From contig JAUCBJ010005441.1 in the NCBI GenBank assembly GCA_032718475.1, positions 1 to 64,000 on the forward strand: a stretch of DNA of 64,000 nucleotides, in the 5' to 3' direction. A model generated the notes under the pieces. That model did not search any database. It was given only the letters and a program-made list of their open reading frames with translations, and had not been told where the DNA came from. The position numbers and the translations under genes were made by a program. Positions 39,402 to 53,147 of this stretch are shown piece by piece (position 1 is the stretch's first letter; each line of letters opens with the position of its first letter). This DNA is from Nemertoderma westbladi. Lineage: Eukaryota > Animalia > Xenacoelomorpha.

Positions 39402-39619
39402 TTGTCGACTTTGCAAAAGCTGTGCCCAACGAAAGTTGTAATAACATGATACCACTCATTCACCCAAAACATCAATAATGAATTATAAGACTTTATGTTG
39501 TTATATTTCACTTTCCAATATTCTCCCATGTGAAAAATACCCTTCAAATAATTTGTGGTGATGTGAAAGAATTGAAACTGACATCGGAAATGAAATTACA
39601 ACCACGAAAACCCCCGCTA

Positions 39620-40378
39620 CTGTGGCTGAATTCTTCCATTTTAATTTCCATTTCAATAATTTATAGTCGGCCATAAATTTAATCAAACAAACGCATGTGA
39701 TTGGTGGTAAGAAAGTTTGTAAATGTAGAGCTAGCCACGAAGTTTTGGAGTCTTGGCGCATTGACACTGTTAGGGTGGGTGGGTAAATAATTGCAATTAG
39801 TTGTCGTCGTTGTTGCCGTTGTTGTCGTCGTCTGCGTTAACATTTTGAATAGGGCACGGTATTGTCTTACTTAAGATGGGGTAGAAATAAAGACTCATTA
39901 CCCAACCAAACAACCACCAACCCAAATGGCTTCAGCTTGTCCCACCCCATCTCAGTGTCATAGGTAATTGGGACCTTAGTTTATATATAGGGGCCCTAAT
40001 CCAGGACAACCAATAGTTCTATCCCTTATCTGCCAAGTTTCAGCTTGAACGAATTAAAAGCAAAGAAATGGTAGGATATTTAATGGTTAGACATGTAGCT
40101 CTCTAGCGGGAGACTGTTGAACTAATGGTGTCTGAAAGACTCAAAAAATCTTAACTTTTGGTCTCATTGATTAATGCCTACAAATTTTCCAAGTTGCCAT
40201 TACTGACACACACAGTATCAGTTCGCTAAGGCTCCTCCAACTTCGTGGCTCGCCCCAAATTTACTGACTCTATTCTATTCGCTTACTTCTAAACCACCAA
40301 TCACATGCGTTTCTTGGCTTGAATTTATGGTCGACTATAAATTATTCATTTTTTTTAATTGGCACAATTCAGCCACCG
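39620..40378. mobile_element. Tc1/mariner-type non-autonomous element
   Basis: TA|ctgtggctgaatt ... aattcagccaccg|TA with ~100-bp diverged TIRs. Confidence 0.6.
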
Positions 40379-41931
40379 TACCCAGAAACTTTTTAAAAGT
40401 TTCTTTAAAAAGTATCTTTGTACCTTAAGACCTTTACTTGCTCTCTGTTAATTTTAATTATGTTTACACGTCTGGGTTCTCTAATTCTGATAAACTCAAT
40501 GAAGTAAACCGCGATTGGTTTCCATAGTTGTCGGTGTACTATGGGATTCTCGTTTATGCTACTACTATATGGCATACTTTTAGTATTAAAACCCCATTTT
40601 ATTATTCACTCATATTTTTTTAAGGAAAATAATTATGTACTCTTATTTTTATATGTGTAACTAATTTAATTGCATTATGTTCTCATTTTAAAATGAGTAC
40701 ACCTATAATTCGGGAAATTTTGCAATTTTGTACTCATATTTTTATAAGAGTCACTAATTCAAAGAATTATGTTCTCATTTTAAAATGAGTACACCTATAA
40801 TTCGGGAAATTTTTCAATTTTGTACTCATATTTTTATAAGAGTCACTAATTCAAAGAATTATGTTCTCATTTTAAAATGAGTACACCATTAATTCGGAAC
40901 ATCTTTCAATTTTGTACTCATATTTTTATAAGAGTCACTAATTCAAAGAATTATGTACTCATTTTAAAATGAGTACACCATTAATTCGGAAAACCTTGCA
41001 ATTTTGTACTCATATTTTAGCCAATCGCGAATTTGCGCCTCATCTTTTAATAATTGTCACCCATCTTTTAACCAATCACGAATTTGCGCCTCATCTTCGA
41101 ATAATTGCCACCCATCTTTTAGCCAATCGCGAATTTGCGCCTCATCTTTGAAAATATGTCACCCATCTTTTAACCAATCACGAATTTGCGCCTCATCTTC
41201 GAATAATTGCCACCCATCTTTTAGCCAATCATTGATAAGGCCTTTCTCCACTGTTGTAAAGAAGTATAAAGGGTGAATCGGACTACTGTTGAAATCATAT
41301 GGTTTCTGTGATAGCATATGAGAACGACGGTACATAAAGTTGCTGCACTGGCTATCGAGAGTTTAAGATTTACTAGTGGATGTGGGTGATTGGGTCTGTA
41401 AAAGTGGGCATAACATAAATGATTACTAGGCCTAAGTTGTATTGCCGTCATTAGTATCTTAGTCACTATTATTTACTTACAGTAATGTAGTTAGTGTTTC
41501 TAAGTTTCCAAAATTTTAATTGAGAAAAATACATTACTATATTGTAATTACTCATATTGTATTATTATTACTATCATACTTTATCAATAAAGATAAGTAC
41601 AGAGATAGCGGAGTCAAGATACAGGAAAGTAGAGTTTAGTTAAGTGTAATCTACAAAACATTATTAAATACAATGTTAATACAAGTAAGTTGTATCTAAG
41701 AAGCAAAACATTAAACCGGTAATATTTCTGACCAGTTGTTACACGAGCTTAGTTGCATTCGCACATTTTCAGAAGTGAACATAGAGTTACAATAGAAACT
41801 AATTTTTTATCCTATTTTGGAACTAATTCTGACATTAGGCCATGTAATCTGGTACTGATATACTGTATACAGTGTAGACTATACATAACATTTGTGTAGC
41901 TTAGAGCTTATCATAATTCGTTGTGTTTGGA

Positions 41932-43659
41932 ATGGACCAAGAACAGCGTCGCTGCTGTAATTTACTTTATGGCGATGATAATATTTATTGCACAAGATGT
42001 GGACACCGTTTACAACAGTTGTCAGTGCCTCAACATCCTGTAGTTGATCTTACAACAACGACGACGTCTACGAGTAATCAGAATTGGTCGTTAGTTAACC
42101 CTAATGGTAGTGGACCTGGACAGTTACAATTTCCAAACACTCAAAACATTAACAGGCCAAGGCGCCCAGCAGAGCTTATAGAGGAATTGAATGCTACATT
42201 TGCTCCTTATGGTAGTGGAAGATCTACAGGATTGTCAGGACATATCAGTCGTCGGTCATCGAGTTCGAGTGGTAATCGAAGGACATTACCGACAGTGTCA
42301 ACTAGTGGTAGTCGATCAAGTGGTAGGCCGCGTTCCTCCTCTGTAACGAAGTCAGTCATTGTTATCAGAACAGAAGAAGGCGATACTCGAGTTTGTAAAG
42401 ATACCATTATTAAACAATGCATGGTAACATATACTGACAATTCCACTCAAGAAGAAGTGCGGTCAGTAATTATGAATTCATTATTAGCACCACCGTCATG
42501 CAATTCTGACTTTGAGTTTATTAAAGTTTTCAATAAATCAATTCTACCCCTATCTGTGTCTGATAACTTTATATTTAATGGCCAGGCACTTAAATCGATT
42601 TATCCTAGAGATAAACCAATATATGTTCGGATTGAAAATAGAAGCAGCAATGAGTCCACTGATATAGTCCCAACTACGATTTCCGAGAATGATACATTAC
42701 CAACAACATTTTTGCAGGGGCAGGCAACCGTTGCGGAACATATCCCAATAACTTCCCCGCAAGTCATTAATAGAGAAGCCATACAAATATATTATGATTC
42801 CATGTTAGTGGACGACTCTTCCGATGATGAATGTAATGAGAGAGACATGAATATAGCTCCATCCGGCAATATGGAAGGCATTATTGATGATGCACGCAAT
42901 TGGAAATTAAGAAAGGAAGACTTGGCTGTTTTGAAGAATTTGCAGCATTACTATGAGTACGACGACACAATGCCAGGATACATAGATGTTGATCTTCTGC
43001 AAAAGATATTAATCCGCAGGAGAAAACTAATGGATGATGTAATAGAAAAGGTGCATAATCTTAACCCTGGAGAGGGTATTGTGGTAACATTTTCACGAGA
43101 GTCCGGTTGCGACCAAGGTGGCCTACGTCGTGATATGTTTGGTACATTTATTAATGCTTTAAGTAATTCCGCACTGTTTTCGAATATTGATGGATTAATA
43201 ATACCCTCCGTAGCTGATATATCTAAGGTGGCCAATGGTCAATTTAGGGCATTAGGAAAAGTGTTGGCTATTGCAATTATACATGGCGAGCTTGTTATTG
43301 GCATAATTCACCCTTTAGTTGGGCGATATATTGCATATAATGGCCAGGATGTTGGTTGTCTAGAATTTCTAGAATTGATTCACGAAGTTCCGGAAGTAAT
43401 TACCAATTAGTTACAAGGAAACATCACAGACGAATTGCGATACAAGTCCTCCGAAATGGGATTGATTATGATTGAAGCGAATATTACTCGCAGTGATTTA
43501 AGTCTGCGTAAGTTTGCAGAGTTGTTTCTGAAGTCGTTACTAATATTCAATAAAGGCGCTATAGATTCTCTGAAAGAAGGAATTCTGCCAATTCTGTCCA
43601 CAAAAGATTTTATAAGTCACCTTATCTATAAAGTCCTTTCTTGTTCCCCGGAAATATAG
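41932..43659 (+). pseudogene. Transposon-borne zinc-ribbon plus HECT-like ubiquitin ligase gene (G2E3-like HECT), interrupted by an in-frame TAG at 43408
   Basis: N-terminal CC..YCTRCG; HECT N-lobe motifs IRRRKL.DD, IVVTFSRESGCDQGGLRRDMF, FRALGKVLAIAIIHG. The same frame continues past the TAG (..AIDSLKEGI) to 43659. No clear intact C-lobe. Confidence 0.75.
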
Positions 43660-43955
43660 CACAGGTTAAAAAATAAAAAATAGCACAGGTTAAACTTCCA
43701 TAATCAATTTTGATTGATAATCATCAATCATCAATTAAAAGTATTAGTTAAATAGGGAACAGTTCCGTATGTGCCAACATTTTCGTTGTTTTTTTTTCAA
43801 CAAATTTTCATGCTTAGAAGTTTGCCTCGTCCCTCTTACTTACATTTATACCCGTCCGTCCCATGAGGTAATAACAGAAAATTGGTTGCGAAATAGCTGG
43901 AAATAATATAAAATTATTATAAACTAAAAATCGATACAAAAAATAACTAGTATCG

Positions 43956-45751
43956 TTATTCTTTATAATTAAATACAAATTGCTTGCAATATAAATAGCA
44001 GTCAACACCGTATTTATTATCGGAATTATCAGACCCAAATCGGTGATTGATTTCACTGAGTAACTGTCTTTCAGATTCTTCGGATATAGGACGTTCAATA
44101 TTGGTAACATCAACAACTGTCTCTTGATCCTCAACAATCGGACCTGACCAATCTACTCCGTAATTATCTAGGTTTATATTGTTCATCTCATCTGGTACGT
44201 TGTCGATGTCACAAGTCGATGTTAATCGGCTATTGATGAAAATCTTCTGGGGGGTCCAGTAGCGTTCCGTGCGTAACCCATGTGCATTCCAACCAATTAC
44301 AAATCTTTCTAGAGCCGCGTTTATTTGTTTCTTGTAAGTAATATGCAAACAATATATATCATCGACAGAGGAGGGATCTAAATGGGAGTTGTCTTCTAGC
44401 CAAAAAAACAGCTCATAATAAACAATAACAACAGTACGGAATACATCTCTCCATAAGCGTTCTATCCTTTGATTGTGAGTACTTTTCCCTGCAATAAAGC
44501 TTCCTCGATTTGTGCCTCGATGACTTATCATATATTCGGCGACCAGTCTATTTTCCCCTCCCTTATCTCCTCTCACCCTTGAAGGGAGGCCGTATTTCCT
44601 AACTGCTTCCTCGAACAATGGCAAAACAGTTGCAGCACAGTTGTTACCCGATGCATAAAGGTATGTAATCAGACGGGAAAATCCATCAACCCCACCTAGT
44701 ACAGTCGAATTAGCGAAAACATTCAATTGTAAACAATCATGAAATTTCGGTTTCCATCGACATTTAAATTTTAAAATTCCATCAACATTTAATATTCTAG
44801 AATATATATAATATCATAACAGGGCCTATATTACCTATTTTGCTATTTCACTTCAGCTTTAGTTATCGATCCGAGATATTAATGTTTTTTTTTTAAAGTG
44901 GCTTTCAACAACAAAAAAACTACAAAAGTCGTGGCTAAAATAACATTTTTTGTTTTTTTTTCGCTTTTTCGAAAGTACTAACCATGTATTACGAAGTTCC
45001 ACCTTATAAGGCTATGATGGCCATCGATGTGCCATAAAGAATTGGCACCCTTTACATTATATCGTCGTCGGACCACAAGCGCTCGCCACCTTGCTGCTGA
45101 TAAAATGGGGTCGATTTCCCTTAAGACACGATGAACATGTCGAAGCGCGATGAACATATTTTGACTTCGTAGCATGGCATACACGAATCTACATCCCGCA
45201 TAAGGGAATTGTTGATGAATTTCACCAATAACTTCTTTAATTTGGTTTTCATTCTCTAACGTATTGCGATACAAGTTTCGAACTCCCAAACCAAAGTGAC
45301 GAACTCGGTCCATAATAGTTGATCGACTCACTCCAAATATCGCAGCAATCTGAGTCCAGTTAAATCCCGCCTCTTTAAGGTATTCAAGTTGAGACTTAGT
45401 AACGTCGTATCTTGGTCTCCCCGTATTGTCAGGTCCCGGACCATTATGTGTGAGAACATGATTAAACAAAGAAGTACAATCAGGACTGACCCTTATGTAC
45501 AAGTTGGCGATACGAACTTGTAGGTATTGAACATATGTCAGATACTCAACAATTGCTGAATCATGAGCTGTCAAATTATTAGATTCCTTTATCATAGTTA
45601 AGCAATTACATATATTGGTGAGTTTAGCTAATAGGTACTCCTTGAATTCGTCATTAATTAATTGAGGTGAGTAATCAGGTTTTAAAACACGTTCGCATTC
45701 GGTTATGATATGTTCCAAATGGTTGACAAATATACTTGCCGGAGTTTCCAT
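43956..45751 (-). CDS. DDE integrase-type transposase, 2 exons (45751-44983, 44695-43956), ~502 aa
   Basis: [21 protein letters not shown]; [12 protein letters not shown]|GVDGFSR joined across GT-AG intron 44982-44696; [10 protein letters not shown]; [17 protein letters not shown] triad intact. Confidence 0.92.
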
Positions 45752-46629
45752 GATAAACAATAAAAACTAAACTACTATAAAGTGGCAATGATGAAATCAA
45801 ATTTACAATATAAAAACAACAATTTAAATAACCTTAATAATAATAAAATAGCAAAATAATATTCATAACAAATATTAAAAGGGTTTTTTAAATACATAAA
45901 AATTATTTCATTCGTGATTGGCTAAAACATGGGTGACATATTTTCAAAGATGAGGCGCAAATTCGCGATTGGCTAAAAGATGGGTGGCAATTATTCGAAG
46001 ATGAGGCGCAAATTCGTGATTGGTTAAAAGATGGGTGACAATTATTAAAAGATGAGGCGCAAATTCGCGATTGGCTAAAATATGAGTACAAAATTGCAAG
46101 GTTTTCCGAATTAAGGGTGTACTCATTTTAAAATGAGAACATAATTCTTTGAATTAGTGACTCTCATAAAAATATGAGTACAAAATTAAAGGATTTTCCG
46201 AATTAATGGTGTACTCATTTTAAAATGAGAACATAATACACTGAATTAGTGACTCTTATAAAAATATGAGTACAAAATTAAAGGATTTTCCGAATTAATG
46301 GTGTACTCATTTTAAAATGAGAACATAATTCTTTGAATTAGTGACTCTTATAAAAATATGAGTACAAAATTGAAAGATGTTCCGAATTAATGGTGTACTC
46401 ATTTTAAAATGAGAACATAATTCTTTGAATTAGTGACTCTTATAAAAATATGAGTACAAAATTATTTTCCTTAAAAAATATGAGTAAATAATAAAATGGG
46501 GTTTTAATACTAAAAGTATGCCATACTACTAAACCCCGATTAGTCGGATTACAGTACATTGTTAATCCCATGCTAGTTCAAATGGACTGAATTCAACTCA
46601 AATACTCCCACGCCTGTAGAGCGTGGTGA

Positions 46630-49600
46630 TGTGAGCTTAACTGATCCCGCTCTGGTTCAACCGTTCGTCAAATTAACTGCTCCCTCACTGGTTCAACGGG
46701 TCGTCAACTTAACTGCTCCCTCACTGGTTCAACCGTTCGTTAACTTAACTGCTCCCTCACTTTTCCAACGGATCGTCAACTTAGCTGCTCCCACACTTGT
46801 TCAACGGGTCGTTAACTTATCTGCTCCCTCACTGGTTCAACGGCTCGTCAACTTAACTGCTCCCTCACTGGTTCAACGGGTCGATAACTTAACTGCTCCC
46901 TCACTGGTTCAACGGGTCGTCAACTTAGCTGCTCCCTCACTTGTTCAACGGGTCGTCAACTTAACTGCTCCCTCACTGGTTCAACGGGTCGTTAACTTAG
47001 CTGCTCCCTCACTTGTTCAACGGGTCGTCAACTTAACTGCTCCCTCACTAGTTCAACGGGTCGATAACTTAACTGCTCCCTCACTGGTTCAACGGGTCGT
47101 CAACTTAGCTGCTCCCTCACTTGTTCAACGGGTCGATAACTTAACTGCTCCCTCACTGGTTCAACGGGTCGTCAACTTAGCTGCTCCCTCACTTGTTCAA
47201 CGGGTCGTCAACTTAACTGCTCCCTCACTAGTTCAACGGGTCGTCAACGTAACTGCTCCCTCACTGGTTCAACGGATCGTTAACTTAACTGCTCCCTCAC
47301 TGGTTCAACGCGTCGTCAACTTAGCTGCTCCCTCACTTGTTCAACGGGTCGTCAACTTAACTGCTCCCTCACTGGTTCAACGGGTCGTCAACGTAACTGC
47401 TCCCTCACTGGTTCAACGGATCGTTAACTTAACTGCTCCCTCACTGGTTCAACGCGTCGTCAACTTAGCTGCTCCCTCACTTGTTCAACGGGTCGTCAAC
47501 TTAACTGCTCCCTCACTGGTTCAACGGCTCGTCAACTTAACTGCTCCCTCACTGGTTCAACGGGTCGATAACTTAACTGCTCCCTCACTGGTTCAACGGG
47601 TCGTCAACTTAGCTGCTCCCTCACTTGTTCAACGGGTCGTCAACTTAACTGCTCCCTCACTGGTTCAACCGTTCGTTAACTTAACTGCTCCCTCACTGGT
47701 TCAACGGGTTGTTAACTTAGCTGCTCCCTCACTTGTTCAACGGGTCGTCAACTTAACTGCTCCCTCACTAGTTCAACGGGTCGATAACTTAACTGCTCCC
47801 TCACTGGTTCAACGGGTCGTCAACTTAGCTGCTCCCTCACTTGTTCAACGGGTCGTCAACTTAACTGCTCCCTCACTGGTTCAACCGTTCGTTAACTTAA
47901 CTGCTCCCTCACTGGTTCAACGGGTTGTTAACTTAGCTGCTCCCTCACTTGTTCAACGGGTCGTCAACTTAACTGCTCCCTCACTAGTTCAACGGGTCGA
48001 TAACTTAACTGCTCCCTCACTGGATCAACGGGTCGTCAACTTAGCTGCTCCCTCACTAGTTCAACGGGTCGATAACTTAACTGCTCCCTCACTGGATCAA
48101 CGGGTCGTCAACTTAGCTGCTCCCTCACTGGTTCAACGGGTCGATAACTTAACTGCTCCCTCACTGGTTCAACGGGTCGATAACTTAACTGCTCCCTCAC
48201 TGGTTCAACGGGTCGTCAACTTAACTGCCCCCTCACTGGTTCAACGGGTCGTCAACTTAACTGCTCCCTCACTGGTTCAACGGGTCGATAACGTAACTGC
48301 TCCCTCACTGGTTCAACGGATCGTTAACTTAACTGCTCCCTCACTGGTTCAACGCGTCGTTAACTTAACTGCTCCCTCACTGGTTCAACGGGTCGTCAAC
48401 TTAACTGCTCCCTCACTGGTTCAACGGGTCGATAACTTAACTGCTCCCTCACTGGTTCAACGGGTCGTCAACTTAACTGCTCCCTCACTGGTTCAACGGG
48501 TCGTCAACTTAACTGCTCCCTCACTGGTTCAACGGGTCGTCAACTTAACTGCTCCCTCACTGGTTCAACGGGTCGTCAACTTAACTGCTCCCTCACTGGT
48601 TCAACTGGTCGTTAACATAACTGCTCCCTCACTGGTTCAACGGGTCGTTAACTTAACTGCTCCCTCACTGGTTCAACGCGTCGTTAACTTAACTGCTCCC
48701 TCACTGGTTCAACGGGTCGTTAACTTAACTGCTCCCTCACTGGTTCAACGCGTCGTTAACTTAACTGCTCCCTCACTGGTTCAACGGGTCGTTAACTTAA
48801 CTGCTCCCTCACTGGTTCAACGCGTCGTTAACTTAACTGCTCCCTCACTGGTTCAACGGGTCGTTAACTTAACTGCTCCCTCACTGGTTCAACGCGTCGT
48901 TAACTTAACTGCTCCCTCACTGGTTCAACGGGTCGTTAACTTAACTGCTCCCTCACTGGTTCAACGCGTCGTTAACTTAACTGCTCCCTCACTGGTTCAA
49001 CGGGTCGTTAACTTAACTGCTCCCTCACTGGTTCAACGGGTCGTCAACTTAACTGCTCCCTCACTGGTTCAACGGGTCGTCAACTTAACTGCTCCCTCAC
49101 TGGTTCAACTGGTCGTTAACATAACTGCTCCCTCACTGGTTCAACGGGTCGTTAACTTAACTGCTCCCTCACTGGTTCAACGCGTCGTTAACTTAACTGC
49201 TCCCTCACTGGTTCAACGGGTCGTTAACTTAACTGCTCCCTCACTGGTTCAACGGGTCGTCAACTTAACTGCTCCCTCACTGGTTCAACGGGTCGTTAAC
49301 TTAACTGCTCCCTCACTGGTTCAACGCGTCGTTAACTTAACTGCTCCCTCACTAGTTCAACGGGTCGATAACTTAACTGCTCCCTCACTAGTTCAACGGG
49401 TCGTCAACTTAACTGCTCCCTCACTGGTTCAACGGGTCGTCAACTTAACTGCTCCCTCACTTATCGGGTCGTCAACTTAACTGCTCCCTCACTGGTTCAA
49501 CGGGTCGATAACGTAACTGCTCCCTCACTAGTTCAACGGGTCGTCAACTTAACTGCTCCCTCAGTGGTTCAACGGGTCGATAACTTAACTGCTCCCTCAC

Positions 49601-50706
49601 TTATCGGGTCGTCAACTTAACTGCTCCCTCACTGGTTCAACGGGTCGTCAACTTAACTGCTCCCTCACTGGTTCAACGGATCGTTAACTTAACTGCTCCC
49701 TCACTGGTTCAACGGGTCGTCAACTTAACTGCTCCCTCACTTATCGGGTCGTCAACTTAACTGCTCCCTCACTGGTTCAACGGGTCGTCAACTTAACTGC
49801 TCCCTCACTGGTTCAACGGATCGTTAACTTAACTGCTCCCTCACTGGTTCAACGCGTCGTTAACTTAACTGCTCCCTCACTGGTGTAACGGGTCGATAAT
49901 TTAACTGCTCCCTCACTGGTTCACCGGGTCGTTAACTTAACTGCTCCCTCACTGGTTCAACGGGTCGATAACTTAACTGCTCCCTCACTTATCGGGTCGT
50001 CAACTTAACTGCTCCCTCACTGGTTCAACGGGTCGATAACCTAACTGCTCCCTCACTGGTTCAACTGGTCGTTAACTTAACTGCTCCCTCACTGGTTCAA
50101 CGGGTCGTTAAATTAACTGCTCCGTCACTGGTTCAACTGGTCGTTAAATTAACTGCTCCCTCACTGGTTCAACTGGTCGTTAACATAACTGCTCCCTCAC
50201 TGATCGGGTCGTCAACTTAACTGCTCCCTCACTGGTTCAACGGGTCGATAACGTAACTGCTCCCTCACTAGTTCAACGGGTCGTCAACTTAACTGCTCCC
50301 TCACTGGTTCAACGGGTCGATAACTTAACTGCTCCCTCACTGGTTCAACGGGTCGTCAACTTAACTGCCCCCTCACTGGTTCAACGGGTCGTCAACTTAA
50401 CTGCTCCCTCACTGGTTCATCGGGTCGATAACTTAACTGCTCCCTCACTTATCGGGTCGTCAACTTAACTGCTCCCTCACTGGTTCAACGGGTCGATAAC
50501 TTAACTGCTCCCTCACTGGTTCAACGGGTCGTCAACTTAACTGCTCCCTCACTGGTTCAACGGGTCGTTAAATTAACTGCTCCCTCATTGGTTCAACGAG
50601 TCGTTAACTTAACTGCTATCTACCTGGTTCAACGGGTCGTCAACTTAACTGCTCCCTCACTGGTACAACGGGTCGTCAACTTAACTGCTCCCTCACTGGT
50701 TCAACG
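46630..50706. repeat. 36-bp minisatellite (aacttaactgctccctcactggttcaacgggtcgtc), ~4 kb
   Basis: Directly visible array; the right part has units with a short deletion (cacttatcggg). Confidence 0.97.
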
Positions 50707-51666
50707 TGTTGTTTTACGAGTTTAACGAGTTGTATCGTGATCAGCGACTTTGGAAACCTGTATAGCTTCAGAATTACCAAAGGCAAAACCAAGGCAAAAT
50801 TTAACAGTTTATAATTTTGTGTTACTCGTAATTTTCATTCTGGGGCACCAGAATAGCACCAGAATTTGTTTTGCATTTACCAGAAATATATGTATGACTA
50901 GTTTCATCGTGATCAGCGACCTCGAAATCCCGTATACCATCAAAATTGTAATTTTTGAGCCAAGATCTATAAAAATTCTAAACCGTCACGGCGAGATATT
51001 GCACAGAATTGTTGTCGTTCACCCGAACTTCTTACAGCATCAAATCGATATATAAGCATCTCCACTAAAAATGATACATCTAATTTATAATGCCATCAGG
51101 TCAAGGGTGTTCTGCCAAGAAGCCGACACATAATTAATTGTTCAAAAGATTCTGCGTTGAAGGCGGCGTAAAACTATTCATTCTACTACTTGGAGTAAAT
51201 CTATAAGCTCTAAATCGATCATTGTGTGTTTCCAATGAGCCTAATCCTGACCCGGTGGATTAATTATTTAGAATAATAGTTTTTGTTGATTTGCCTATCA
51301 CACATTTACCATTAACTTCTCCCACGTTAGTTCATCGTGACTTGGGCACCGTTCAAGTGAAAATTTGGTTATAATCATACCCAACAGATTCCTACAAAAT
51401 GTAAATCGGAGTGTCAGTGTGTTACATTTATTTGTTCTTATGGTCTCCTTCAAACGATAGAATTTTAGTCAATAGTCTCACTGTGGTGTATTGAAGAGTC
51501 TCAACACAATGTACTGCAGTGCTGTCATCATTACGTCTTTCATTATGGCATTCCTTGCAAACCTCCACCGGCTCTTCCACTGAATCCTGAACACGCTTCC
51601 AACTGTTGGGTACAAGTAATGAGAGTTCAGTGCAGCTCAGTGCCAAATAATGTTACACACATGGAG

Positions 51667-51875
51667 TATTAATTAACATCAGGAGATCTGACGAGAATTT
51701 CTCTAGTTTTAAGAATAGTCTCGTAGGGGTACTCTAGAACGCCTTGGAATCAACAATGGCGGACAGTTTTTGGTGTAAATTGAGTAATATTGTTTGGTAA
51801 TATAATAATATTATATTACTAGACTATTCTTAAAACTAGAGAAGTTCTCGTCAGGTCTCCTGATGTTAATTAATA
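51667..51875. mobile_element. MITE with ~54-bp TIRs
   Basis: tattaattaacatcaggag...aagaatagtct is mirrored at 51821-51875. Confidence 0.75.
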
Positions 51876-52980
51876 TAAAATCGTCTTCTTCATGTTATGA
51901 AGAAGTACAATGATTGATTATAATATTATTGAGGTATATTTATTAGTCACTATTATTTTATATTTCCTTTAAGTTTGCTAAGTTTACTGCATACTGCATT
52001 CCCTTTGGGCTGCGTTGTTATATTTTGCCTCACAATTTGTAGTTCAGTAATAATAACAATAAAAAAGTTAGATTTGTGTTTGGTTAGGATCCTCTGGGTT
52101 GGAGAAATATTCGTAAGATTAAATATCCCACACTAAAGGTTCCTTAGGGAATCTTAATGCGCTAATAAAATATAATATATTCTTATGAATAGTTTAATAT
52201 CTCGTATTTATTAAATATTACTTCGTTGCCAGAATAATATTAAATAATTACTATAGACAAAATAACCGAACATTTATGCTAATTGCTGTAGAGTTTCATT
52301 GGATGAACTTTGTTGATACTACTGTATATGAACATAATATTCCTCATATAATCTTTACATTATTCAATTAAGATTCGAATCTTAGCCGCCTAGGCATACC
52401 ATTAATTTATTCAAACAATAATTACTTGTGTTGTTATGTTGTGAAGTAAATTACATGCAGAAAAATTATTACTGTTTTCTTCAATGGCATAAAATCTTGG
52501 AATATATGTCATAGTAGCCTACACACATACTAATTAACAGGTGTTAAGACTTTAGATAGTGATCCCACTTCATTGCGCTACTTAAAATATAATAAAGGAG
52601 ACTTTTAGAACCCGGGGACTTTAGGCAGTAGTACAGTACATGCATTGGGTAAGTGGTGTGTGAGGTTGTTTTTATGTTAGGGTTTGTAGACCAAGAACAA
52701 ACCATAATTAAAATTGTCCTGTAATTGGCATTTATTGCCATAAATAACTTAAAATGGTAACTAAATTATATTAATTTTATACATAGTTTAATCTACGCAT
52801 GCACTCTCCTGTTAATCTCCCGTTTAAGTACATTCTATTTGTGGAAATTCCGAATAAGTAAATATACTATTCCTCAGGCAGAACTTGTAACCCCACCAGC
52901 TGTTGTGGGGAGGTGTCTGGGTTGCCTAATGCTGAGTTGTGGTGTCTGGTTCACCTGTTGTTGGGAGGTGTCTGATTTGG

Positions 52981-53147
52981 TGTTGAACCAGTGAGGGAGC
53001 AATTAAGCTCGCATCCCGTTGAACCAGCGTGGGATAAGTTAAGCTCGGATCCCGTTGAACAAGCTTGGGAGCAGTTAAGCACATGTTCCGTTGAACTAAT
53101 GTGGGAGCAGTTAAGCTCACATCCCGTTGAACTAATGTGGGAGCAAG
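52981..53147 (-). repeat. Diverged inverted copies of the 36-bp satellite unit
   Basis: gttgaaccagtgagggagcaattaag and about four further units; more traces at ~53710-53780. Confidence 0.8.

Larger units (their letters stand above)
40568..46525. mobile_element. IS3EU/GingerRoot-like DNA transposon, 5958 bp, two convergent genes
   Basis: Termini tatggcatacttttagtattaaaacccc / ggggttttaatactaaaagtatgccata; 6-bp TSD ctacta (40562-40567, 46526-46531); TIRs ~40568-41230 and ~45917-46525 built from 92-bp and 51-bp repeats; integrase-type transposase. Confidence 0.9.

Noticed and set aside
46631-49480. 949-aa ORF of NLTAPSLVQRVV repeats
   Set aside because: Product of a stop-free 36-bp satellite; no ATG start, and frame-breaking units follow.
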